DNA of 32,000 nt from Candidatus Pelagibacter ubique HTCC1062 (GTDB taxonomy: Bacteria > Pseudomonadota > Alphaproteobacteria > Pelagibacterales > Pelagibacteraceae), in contig NC_007205.1 of NCBI RefSeq assembly GCF_000012345.1, positions 450,001-482,000 on the forward strand, given 5' to 3'. The notes beneath the pieces were generated by a model. It was not told the origin of the DNA. It searched no databases and worked only from the letters and a program-made list of their open reading frames with translations. Shown in pieces: positions 24,193 to 32,000 of the stretch. Position 1 is the stretch's first letter, and each line of letters opens with the position of its first letter. The translations under genes were made by a program, and so were the position numbers.

Positions 24193-25457
24193 TTTAAGTT
24201 TAAAACTTCTCCTGCAAGATACAAAGAACCTGTAATTAAAATAATATCATTTTCTTGAAGATCAATTGAGCTAATTGCTTCCTCAATAGAATTTTTATAA
24301 TTAATATTTTCAAAATTTTTAATTTTCTCTTTAAGTTCACTTCCCTTAATAGCATTGGGTTGATTTGGAATGTCAATTGTTGTTAATGATTTAATATCTT
24401 TAAAGTAACTCATATATTCATTGTGGTCTTTGTTGGCCATCATCCCTAAAATAATATGTTTGTTACAATTTAGACTTTGAAGATATTCATTTAATACCTT
24501 TGCGCCAAGTGGGTTATGAGATCCATCAACAAATAATAAATTATTACTAGTTAAATCTTTTAATTTTCCAGATTTTAATTCTTGTAGTCGTGCGATACTT
24601 TCTATTTTAGTAATACCACTCTTAATATGTTCATCAGTTATTTTATAGTCTGTTAATTGTCTAACAGTTGCAATTGCCGTAGAGACATTTTCTAATTGAA
24701 ATTCTCCAGGCAAATTAGGTTTTGGAAGTTTAAGAGCACCAAATTCATCCTCAAAATAAAAAAAATCATTTTCTTTTAATGTAAAATTATAATTTTTATT
24801 AAAGATTATTTTTTTAGAAGTATTGTCTTTAATTGTATTTTCAATACTTTTGCTTATTTCATTTGAACTTTGTTTTGCAACTACGATTTTAGAGTTTAAC
24901 AAAGTGGATGTTTTCTCAAATATTATTTTTTCAACTGTTTGCTCTTCTTTTGGAAGCCAGTCTAAGTGATCCAGACCAATAGCTGTTACAATACTAGCTA
25001 AGTTTTTTTTTAAAATATTGGTTGCATCAAATCTATGAAATAGACCTGACTCAATTAAGTTAATGTTTTCAGGGTATTTCTTTGCATAATGAAAATAAGC
25101 AACCGTTAAAATTTCAAAGAAAGTGATTTGTGTTTGATTATTAGCTTCTTCTACTTCAGAAAAAAGATTGGCTAATTCATCATCTGTTAGAGGCTTATTG
25201 TTAAAGACAAATCTCTCATTAATTTTTTGAATGTGAGGACTGGTATAAATATTACATTTATAATCAGCCTCTTTTAAAATTGCATAAAGTGCCTGGATAG
25301 TTGAAAATTTTCCGTTCGTGCCAACAATAGAAATGCAGTTAATTTGATCTTGAGGATTGCCTAATTTTTCTAAAAGATTTTTAGTTCGATCTAGACTTAG
25401 ATCAATCTCTTTAGGATGCAGCTTTTGTAAGCGCTCTACTATCTTCTGAAGTTTCAT
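24189..25457 (-). CDS. folC: Bifunctional dihydrofolate synthase / folylpolyglutamate synthase
   Basis: Carries the Mur-ligase-type P-loop VGTNGKFS and the SPHIQKINERF motif. Length is 422 aa. It sits in the canonical accD-folC pairing. Confidence 0.88.
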   Translation of the reverse strand: MKLQKIVERLQKLHPKEIDLSLDRTKNLLEKLGNPQDQINCISIVGTNGKFSTIQALYAILKEADYKCNIYTSPHIQKINERFVFNNKPLTDDELANLFSEVEEANNQTQITFFEILTVAYFHYAKKYPENINLIESGLFHRFDATNILKKNLASIVTAIGLDHLDWLPKEEQTVEKIIFEKTSTLLNSKIVVAKQSSNEISKSIENTIKDNTSKKIIFNKNYNFTLKENDFFYFEDEFGALKLPKPNLPGEFQLENVSTAIATVRQLTDYKITDEHIKSGITKIESIARLQELKSGKLKDLTSNNLLFVDGSHNPLGAKVLNEYLQSLNCNKHIILGMMANKDHNEYMSYFKDIKSLTTIDIPNQPNAIKGSELKEKIKNFENINYKNSIEEAISSIDLQENDIILITGSLYLAGEVLNLN

Positions 25458-26340
25458 TTTCTGATGAATTTATAGCAGAATTTTTCTTTAACAATATTGA
25501 TAATAATGATCCAATTTTTTCTCTTAAGTCTTTTCTCTCTACAATTAAATCTACAAAGCCAGTTTTTTCTACATACTCACTTCTTTGAAAGCCTTCTGGT
25601 AACTCTTCTCTTACAGTGCCTTGAATTACTCTTGCTCCTGCAAAAGCTATAAGAGCTCCTGGTTCTGCTAAGTGCAGATCACCTAACATTGCATATGACG
25701 CTGTAATACCACCAGCAGTTGGATCAGTTAGAACAACAATATAGGGTAAATTATTTTTCTTTAGTTCGTTAATTGCAAGTGTCGTCCTTGTCATTTGACT
25801 TAAAGATATAAGACTTTCCATCATTCTCATTCCGCCACCAGAAGTAAACACTACAAAAGGTTGTTCATTTTCTATTGCATGTTGAATTCCGTATAAAAAA
25901 GCTTCACCTTCTGCAGCACCAATTGAGCCACCTACAAAATCAAAATCAGATGCAATCGCTGTGATTTTTAAATTTAGAATATTAGTATTAACAACCATCA
26001 TTCCACAATCCATGCCAGTTTTTTTTCTAGCAGCTTTTAATCTATCTTTATAAGGTTTTGCATCATTCCAATTTAAAGGGTCATCTTGAGGAATTGGAGT
26101 TTTTAAAACTTCATAATTATTTTTGCCAAATATAATGTCAAATCTCTGACGTGGGCTTATTCTGTGGTGTTTGTTACAAGATGGGCAAACCCATAAGTTT
26201 TCTTCTAAATCTTTTTTTAAGATTGGCCCTTTACAACATGAGGTCCAGTCACTATTAGCTATCTCTGTTTTGGTTGCACGTGCTTTAATGATGGTTTTAA
26301 TCTTTTCACCAAATCTTAAAGTTTTTTTAATCCAATTCAT
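25411..26340 (-). CDS. accD: Acetyl-CoA carboxylase carboxyltransferase beta subunit
   Basis: There is an N-terminal Cys zinc-ribbon region (WTSCCKGP...VCPSCNKHHRI). The CT core has FDFVGGSIGAAEGE, SGGGMRMMES and LTDPTAGGITASYAMLGD. Its nonconserved tail overlaps folC by 47 nt. Confidence 0.92.
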   Translation of the reverse strand: MNWIKKTLRFGEKIKTIIKARATKTEIANSDWTSCCKGPILKKDLEENLWVCPSCNKHHRISPRQRFDIIFGKNNYEVLKTPIPQDDPLNWNDAKPYKDRLKAARKKTGMDCGMMVVNTNILNLKITAIASDFDFVGGSIGAAEGEAFLYGIQHAIENEQPFVVFTSGGGMRMMESLISLSQMTRTTLAINELKKNNLPYIVVLTDPTAGGITASYAMLGDLHLAEPGALIAFAGARVIQGTVREELPEGFQRSEYVEKTGFVDLIVERKDLREKIGSLLSILLKKNSAINSSENETSEDSRALTKAAS

Positions 26341-27134
26341 GATATTTTTTTTCTTAACTTTAACACAATATTAGTTACATTTGTGACAGGATTTTGGCGT
26401 TTTTTAATAGAATTTGATATTTCTTTACATAAAGCACTGCCAACCACTAATCCATCAGCCTTTCTTAAAGATGCTATGGTTTTTTCAGTGATCCCAAAGC
26501 CTATTACAATATTCTTATTCTTGTTAAGTTTTTTAATTTTACCGTAACGCTCTAAAATTTTTTTAGGCGAAACCTTTAGCTTGCCACCAGTTGTTGAGAG
26601 CATACTGATATAATAGACCATATCATGTGAGTCTCTTATAATTTTTTTCATTCTGTCCAGAGACGTAGTAGGAGATACTAATTGAATAAAACTAATATCT
26701 TTTTTCTTACATTTTTTTGCAAATTCTTTATTTTCTGGATAAGGAAGGTCAACAACAATTAATCCATCTACTCCTACTTTTTTACAAATATTTATAAAGT
26801 TATTATCTCCATATTGATAAATCATATTATAATAACCCATCAATATTACGGGTTTTGATTGTTTTGATTTTTTAAAATTTTTAACTATTGAAAAAACATC
26901 TTTAATTTTGATACCATTTTTTAGAGCTCTATAAGCGCTTGATTGAATCTGTCCACCATCTGCAATTGGAGTGTTATGAGGAAATCCTATTTCGCAAATG
27001 TCAGCATATTTTGCAATTGATTTTAATATCTCAAGAGACTTCTTTTTAGTACTATCTCCAGCTACCGTGTAAGTTAGTAATGCAGGTCTCTTTTCAGTTT
27101 TTACTTTTTTAAATGCTAAGTTGATTAATGACAT
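26337..27134 (-). CDS. trpA: Tryptophan synthase alpha chain
   Basis: LLTYTVAGD and ADICEIGFPHNTPIADGGQIQ carry the catalytic Glu and Asp. GFGI lies near the C-terminus. Length is 265 aa and it is downstream of trpB. Confidence 0.9.
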   Translation of the reverse strand: MSLINLAFKKVKTEKRPALLTYTVAGDSTKKKSLEILKSIAKYADICEIGFPHNTPIADGGQIQSSAYRALKNGIKIKDVFSIVKNFKKSKQSKPVILMGYYNMIYQYGDNNFINICKKVGVDGLIVVDLPYPENKEFAKKCKKKDISFIQLVSPTTSLDRMKKIIRDSHDMVYYISMLSTTGGKLKVSPKKILERYGKIKKLNKNKNIVIGFGITEKTIASLRKADGLVVGSALCKEISNSIKKRQNPVTNVTNIVLKLRKKIS

Positions 27135-27135
27135 C

Positions 27136-28368
27136 TTAGTTAATTTTTCCCAATCTTTCTTTTAAAATATCACGATCCTTTTTGGCATCACCACAAGAAT
27201 TAACAATAATGATAGTATCTTTGTTTAATTTTGGAGCAATTTTTATAGCTTCAGCAAAAGCATGACTAGGTTCAAGACTTGGGTTTATTTTTTCAAGTTT
27301 TGTAACTAGTTTGTATGCATTTAAAGCCGCCTCATCAGTTGCAGATGTATATCTTGCTCTTTTAGTATCTTTTAAGAAGCAGTGAATAGGGGATACCCCA
27401 GGATAATCTAATCCAGCAGAAATAGAAGCGGTATCGTTAATTTGTCCTTCACTATTTTGACAAACATAAGCTGCAGCTCCATGCAATATCCCAAGTTTAG
27501 CTCCATTAGTTAGAGGTGCTGCATGTAGTTTTGAATTTTTTGGTCCACCAGCTTCAACACCAATTAATTCAATCTGTTTTTTGTCATAATCAATAAACTC
27601 ACTCCAAAACCCATAAGCTGAACTTCCACCTCCAACACAATTAATGAGTTTAATTTTTTTAGGCATCTTTTTAAATTCTGACTGAATTTGAACTTTCAAT
27701 TCTCTTGAAATTTGAGCTGTACTCCAGCCACAAATTTTAACAAATATATTAGGGCCTACTGTTGATCCAACACACATATGGGTGTTATCGCAATTTGAAA
27801 CCCAATAACGCATGCATTCACTGACAGCATCTACTAATGTTTGGCTTCCTGAATAAACAGGTACAACTTCTGCACCATTCTTTTTCATTGCATCTACATT
27901 AGGCTTTTGTCTTTTAATATCCTTTGCACCCATGAATATTTTGCATTTAAGGCCAAATTTTTTAGCAGCCATACTCAGCATCTTTCCAGCATACCCTGCA
28001 CCCGTATCACCAACGACATATTTTTTCCCTGCCTTTTTAGCAATAAGGCAATGAACTGTTGCATTATAAATTTTATGAGCTCCTCCGTTCGCCTCAGACA
28101 CCATTTTGGCATATATTTGAGCTCCACTTAAGTGATCTGATAGGTTTTGAAGTTTAATAAATGAAGTAGGAGAGCCTATATAATTCTTAAAATAATAGTC
28201 TCTTTCTTTAAGAAATTTTTTATCGTATCTAAGTTTTTCAAAAAGTTCAGTTAAATCCTCAATGGGCTTTTTTAATGTTTCAGGTATAAAATTTCCACCA
28301 AATTTACCACCCCAAAATCCATTTTTGTTGTGCTGATCAATTAAAGGAATTTTTTTTTTAAGTTTCAT
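27136..28368 (-). CDS. trpB: Tryptophan synthase beta chain (divergent motifs)
   Basis: FGGNFIPETL, GGAHK (the PLP lysine), GAKDIKRQKPNV, CVGGGSSAYGF, ISAGLDYPGVSP and LEPSHA are present. It sits in the trpF-trpB-trpA context. Several normally invariant positions differ (see findings). Confidence 0.85.
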   Translation of the reverse strand: MKLKKKIPLIDQHNKNGFWGGKFGGNFIPETLKKPIEDLTELFEKLRYDKKFLKERDYYFKNYIGSPTSFIKLQNLSDHLSGAQIYAKMVSEANGGAHKIYNATVHCLIAKKAGKKYVVGDTGAGYAGKMLSMAAKKFGLKCKIFMGAKDIKRQKPNVDAMKKNGAEVVPVYSGSQTLVDAVSECMRYWVSNCDNTHMCVGSTVGPNIFVKICGWSTAQISRELKVQIQSEFKKMPKKIKLINCVGGGSSAYGFWSEFIDYDKKQIELIGVEAGGPKNSKLHAAPLTNGAKLGILHGAAAYVCQNSEGQINDTASISAGLDYPGVSPIHCFLKDTKRARYTSATDEAALNAYKLVTKLEKINPSLEPSHAFAEAIKIAPKLNKDTIIIVNSCGDAKKDRDILKERLGKIN

Positions 28369-28987
28369 TGTTAATTAATTTAATTTTATTTAAAAAAATA
28401 TTTATTTTTGAAACATCTTTTAATCCAGATGTTTCTAGACCTCCAGAAATATCTATAATGTCTGCAATTTCTTTATAATTTTCAAGGTTATCTTCAATTT
28501 GAATATTCCCAGCAAGCATCAATTCTTTATTAATTTTAATATTTTTAATTAATTGATGATCAAAGGACATGCTTTTTTCATAACCTTTACTGTCGAATAA
28601 TATTATATCTGCAAGCTCATTATATTCTAAATATTTAACTGTGTCATTTTGATCTTTTACAGTTATCGCAACAATAATTTTCTTATTATATTTTTCTTTA
28701 ACTGATTTAACTTCAGTAGGTGTACAATCATAAAGTTGATAATAATCGAATGGTAAATCCTTTATTTTTTCTAATATATCTTCATTAGGTTTAACTAATA
28801 CAGCAACATATTCTGATTTTTTTTTATCAACTTTTAATAGCTTTTTAAGCTTGCTGTGTTCAACAAATCTTTTTGATTTAGGCCAATTACAAATAAACCC
28901 TATCATCTTAGGTGGAGTAGGATGGGAAGTTAAAAATTCTAAAGTTTTAGAGTCGGAGATCCCACAAATCTTGCAGGGTTGGATCAT
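28358..28987 (-). CDS. trpF: Phosphoribosylanthranilate isomerase
   Basis: The N-terminal KICGI motif is present, length is 209 aa, and the position is upstream of trpB. Otherwise the sequence is divergent and AT-biased. Confidence 0.78.
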   Translation of the reverse strand: MIQPCKICGISDSKTLEFLTSHPTPPKMIGFICNWPKSKRFVEHSKLKKLLKVDKKKSEYVAVLVKPNEDILEKIKDLPFDYYQLYDCTPTEVKSVKEKYNKKIIVAITVKDQNDTVKYLEYNELADIILFDSKGYEKSMSFDHQLIKNIKINKELMLAGNIQIEDNLENYKEIADIIDISGGLETSGLKDVSKINIFLNKIKLINNET

Positions 28988-29676
28988 TGATTTAAGTGAT
29001 TAATTAATCTTTTAATGTTGTTTTTGATATTACCCTTTATTAATGACCTTCCCATTACAATACCAGAAACTTTATTTTTAAAAGCATCATTAGGAGTCAT
29101 TACTCTAGATTGATCATTTGCATCATCTCCAGGTAGCCTTATTCCTGGCGTAACAATAAATAAATTTTTGTATTTTTTCCTAACTATTTTTGCTTCTTGT
29201 GCAGAACACACAATTCCAGCTGCACCTGATTTTTTTATAAGACCAGCTTGTTTTAATACTAGCTGCTCTACGGTCTTGGTGTGACCAATTTCTTCAAGAG
29301 ATTTTTTGTTAAGGCTTGTTAAAATTGTAACTCCTAATACTTTTAAATTTTTGTTAATTGATTTAGCTTTTTTTGTAATAGCTTTAAGCATTTCAAGGCC
29401 ACCGCTTACATGAACTGTAATATATTTACATTTCTTTAAATCTTTTAAACTATCCATTGCAGATAAAGCAGTTTGTGGAATATCATTTATTTTTAAATCT
29501 AAGAAATAATCTCTCTTAAAATTTTGAAGAAAAGCTCTCCCACTTTTTGAATAAAAGAACTGTAAGCCAAATTTTGGAATTATTTGAAGTTTATTAGTTT
29601 TCGTATCGCTAATTATTTTTTTTATTTCTTTTAAGCTTGATGTATCACAAGCAACAAAGATATTTTTATTCATCAT
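28984..29676 (-). CDS. pyrF: Orotidine 5'-phosphate decarboxylase
   Basis: FVACDT and DLKINDIPQT (DxKxxDIxxT) are present, with PGIRL and VMGRSL near the C-terminus. Length is 230 aa. Confidence 0.9.
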   Translation of the reverse strand: MMNKNIFVACDTSSLKEIKKIISDTKTNKLQIIPKFGLQFFYSKSGRAFLQNFKRDYFLDLKINDIPQTALSAMDSLKDLKKCKYITVHVSGGLEMLKAITKKAKSINKNLKVLGVTILTSLNKKSLEEIGHTKTVEQLVLKQAGLIKKSGAAGIVCSAQEAKIVRKKYKNLFIVTPGIRLPGDDANDQSRVMTPNDAFKNKVSGIVMGRSLIKGNIKNNIKRLINHLNQ

Positions 29677-29956
29677 TGTTTAATTTTTTAAACATTTCCT
29701 TAGACATTTTAAAGTGAATTGTTTTTTTTTCAGGCGTATTCACTTTCTCTCCTGTTTTGGGATTTCTTGATATTCTTGCCTTTTGAATATTAGTAGAGAA
29801 CATTCCAAAACCTCTTAATTCAACACGATCTCCTCGTTTAAGGGCCTGCTTTATTTCAGTAAGAATAATATCAGTAAACTTTTCTAAGTCTTTTTTTAAA
29901 AAATTTGGGTAGTTATTAGCGAGTTGTTTTAGAAGCTTTGATTTTACAATAGCCAA
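29666..29956 (-). CDS. ihfB: Integration host factor beta subunit (HU/IHF family)
   Basis: RVELRGFGMFSTNIQKARISRNPKTGEKVNTPEKKTIHFKMSKEM is the HU/IHF beta-arm region. Length is 96 aa. The position downstream of rpsA is canonical for ihfB. Confidence 0.85.
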   Translation of the reverse strand: MAIVKSKLLKQLANNYPNFLKKDLEKFTDIILTEIKQALKRGDRVELRGFGMFSTNIQKARISRNPKTGEKVNTPEKKTIHFKMSKEMFKKLNNDE

Positions 29957-29959
29957 TTT

Positions 29960-31690
29960 TTATTCGTCTTCTTTTTTCTTTTTCTCTAAATCATCAGATA
30001 ATGATGAGAAAGGTAAGTTTTTACCACTTGCTTCAGAACCATAAGTATCTAGTGCAACTTTACGCTCAATTTCTTCTAAAAGTTTAATACTTAATGTTGC
30101 TTTTCTTTTATCTATATCTAACTCTTGAATAGCACAGTCAATTCTTTCTCCACCTGTAAATCTAGCAGGTCTTGCATCAGCAGCATTAATAGCTATTGCA
30201 GATTTTTTAATAATGAAGTCCATTTCACAGCCTTCAGGTCTTACAACAAGACCTTTGTTGTCAGTTGAAATAATCTTAACAGTGATAGTTTGTTTAACCT
30301 TTTTATCATTAAACCAATCAAAAGGGTCTGGTTGAGTTTGACGTAAGCCAACTCTAACTTTTTGTTCTGCTGCTTTTACTTCTAATACTTTAACTTTTAA
30401 TTTATCGCCAATTTTATATTTAGCTAATTCTTCTTCACCATTATTTAGGTAAGTTAAATCATTACAATGCAAGAAAGCATCAATATCTAAGCCATCAACT
30501 TTTAAGAAAATAGAATATTCATTTTTACTTGCAACTTCACCCTCAACCTCAGATCCAATTGGGTAAGTTTTTTCAAATGTTTCAAAAGGGTTATCAGTTG
30601 TTAAACGGTGAGATATTGCCACTCTTCTTTTTTCTTTATCAATTTCAGTGATTACACAATCAATTTCATCTCCAACTTTAAACATTTTTTTTGCAGAAAT
30701 ATTTTTTTTAGTCCAACTTAATTCACTTGAGTGCAATAAAGTTGATAATCCTTTTTCAAGCTCACAAAAAGCTCCAAAGTCCATAAGCTTAACGACTTTT
30801 ACTTTATAGATTTTGTTTAGTTCATAATTTGAAATGTTTTCAAAAGGGTCTGGTGTAAGTTGTTTTACTGAACAACCAACCTGAAGCTTTTCAAGATCAA
30901 CACTGATTACTTTAAGGTCATGTTTCTCACCAATTGTAAAAACTTCATCAGGGTGATTAACTCTTGAATAAGAAATTTCTTGTAAGTGAACTAAAACATC
31001 AAGCTCACCATTAACACTAAAAAAACAACCAAATGAACTGTAGCCTTTTACTTCAGCACCTTTAATTATATCCCCAACTTTGAATTTTTCGACAATTTTA
31101 ATTTTATCTTCTTTTTTAAATGAAGAGATTATTTCTCTTCTAGAAACACATGCGTTTCCTCTAACTTTATCTAATTTTATTAGAGCAAATTTTTGAGGCT
31201 CATTCATTAAATGACTAATGTCTTTTAATGGTTTATCTGAAATTTGAGATCCAGGTAAAAACATTAAAGAACCAGTATCGATGTGTTCAACTATGCATCC
31301 ACCTTTAACACGTCCAGTAATTTTACCCATGATAGGTTCATTTTTTTCATACGCTTCAACAAGTTTGTCCCAACCTTGAATTTTTTGAGCTTTTGAAGCT
31401 GATACTAGTACTTCACCTTTTTTATCTTCTAACCTTTCAAGAAGAACAGAAATTTTTTCACCCACTTTTGCTTTATCAAGCATACCCATGCTTTTTAATT
31501 CATTAATATCTAAGATAGGCTCTGATTTTAAACCAGGTACTTCAAGAAATACAAAGTTATCAGTAACTTTGTTTACTACACCTGTAATAATTTTTCCTTC
31601 TTCAAGATTTGCTGTTTTAGTAAACTGTGAATTTAGTAATTGTTCGAATTCTTTAGAGGCGGGGTTTGAAAGGTCTTTATAAATTTCCAT
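29960..31690 (-). CDS. rpsA: 30S ribosomal protein S1
   Basis: The 576-aa protein is built of repeated S1/OB modules (G.V.....G.FV.L...G+LH pattern, seen about six times). It sits in the cmk-rpsA context. Confidence 0.93.
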   Translation of the reverse strand: MEIYKDLSNPASKEFEQLLNSQFTKTANLEEGKIITGVVNKVTDNFVFLEVPGLKSEPILDINELKSMGMLDKAKVGEKISVLLERLEDKKGEVLVSASKAQKIQGWDKLVEAYEKNEPIMGKITGRVKGGCIVEHIDTGSLMFLPGSQISDKPLKDISHLMNEPQKFALIKLDKVRGNACVSRREIISSFKKEDKIKIVEKFKVGDIIKGAEVKGYSSFGCFFSVNGELDVLVHLQEISYSRVNHPDEVFTIGEKHDLKVISVDLEKLQVGCSVKQLTPDPFENISNYELNKIYKVKVVKLMDFGAFCELEKGLSTLLHSSELSWTKKNISAKKMFKVGDEIDCVITEIDKEKRRVAISHRLTTDNPFETFEKTYPIGSEVEGEVASKNEYSIFLKVDGLDIDAFLHCNDLTYLNNGEEELAKYKIGDKLKVKVLEVKAAEQKVRVGLRQTQPDPFDWFNDKKVKQTITVKIISTDNKGLVVRPEGCEMDFIIKKSAIAINAADARPARFTGGERIDCAIQELDIDKRKATLSIKLLEEIERKVALDTYGSEASGKNLPFSSLSDDLEKKKKEDE

Positions 31691-32000
31691 TAAGCTTTTA
31701 GTTTCCTATCCATAATTTGTTTAATTTTTAAAAAGCATGATCTTTTAGTTAAATTCGTGGTATTAATCAAGACCGAATCTCGAGTTCTCATAAGAGGTGA
31801 AACTTTTCTATTATAGTCACTTTTGTCACGGTTTTTGATACTTTTTAGGACTTCATTAAAAGATATTTTCTTATTTAGTCCTTTTAACTCTTTATACCTT
31901 CTTAAAGCTCTAGTCTTAGTATTTGCTGTTATAAAAAATTTAAAATCAGCATCAGGAATTATCTTATAAGTTATGTCTCTTCCATCTAAACAAGATCCAT
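31690..32000 (-). CDS. cmk: Cytidylate kinase (3' portion; gene continues beyond right edge)
   Basis: This fragment is not in the track. My minus-strand translation is ...GSCLDGRDITYKIIPDADFKFFITANTKTRALRRYKELKGLNKKISFNEVLKSIKNRDKSDYNRKVSPLMRTRDSVLINTTNLTKRSCFLKIKQIMDRKLKA*. It matches the Cmk C-terminal pattern (DGRD, F+TA..E.RA.RR, RD..D..R..SPL). Its stop overlaps the rpsA ATG (TAATG). Confidence 0.85.
   Translation of the reverse strand, partial: GSCLDGRDITYKIIPDADFKFFITANTKTRALRRYKELKGLNKKISFNEVLKSIKNRDKSDYNRKVSPLMRTRDSVLINTTNLTKRSCFLKIKQIMDRKLKA

Noticed and set aside
1-32000. CRISPR arrays, IS elements, prophage genes, toxin-antitoxin pairs, rRNA
   Set aside because: Scanning by eye found no regularly spaced direct repeats, no transposase-, integrase- or phage-like ORFs, and no rRNA-like GC-rich stretch. 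Every ORF of 60 aa or more is accounted for as a housekeeping, unknown-function or shadow ORF. A computational repeat search was not possible, so short dispersed repeats could have been missed.

Overview
This is a very AT-rich, extremely gene-dense stretch of bacterial chromosome. Gene content and order look alphaproteobacterial: rpmH-rnpA-yidD-yidC, murA-DUF2948-hisD-infA, hisS-hisZ-hisG, and cmk-rpsA-ihfB-pyrF-trpFBA-accD-folC. Near-zero intergenic spacing and K/N/I-rich proteins point to a streamlined SAR11/Pelagibacterales-type genome. That assignment is an inference, since no search was run. I support about 40 protein genes. Three of them are missing from the ORF track: rpmH, a 3' fragment of cmk running off the right edge, and a 33-codon micro-ORF. 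The first gene runs off the left edge. There are three tRNAs (Thr-GGU, Phe-GAA, His-GUG), one good intrinsic terminator after a cold-shock gene, and only a handful of non-coding spacers. I see no rRNA, CRISPR array, transposase, integrase, prophage or long repeat, so most of the window is ordinary core genome. Six things are worth a second look. (1) A SET-domain lysine methyltransferase, an HDAC-family deacetylase and a 64-aa orphan sit at the tail of the dapD-dapE transcription unit. (2) An atypical tRNA-His (no encoded G-1, G1-U72, A73) ends 5 nt before the hisS start codon of a hisS-hisZ-hisG operon. (3) Three nuclease-type genes in a row (membrane-anchored RmuC, a RecB/Cas4-like PD-(D/E)XK protein, exonuclease I) follow one of the window's longest spacers (181 nt). 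(4) Several tightly coupled tiny ORFs are candidates for real genes. (5) TrpB carries substitutions in normally invariant motifs. (6) Convergent genes overlap with no terminator space. All product calls rest on motif recognition by eye and none on a database hit.
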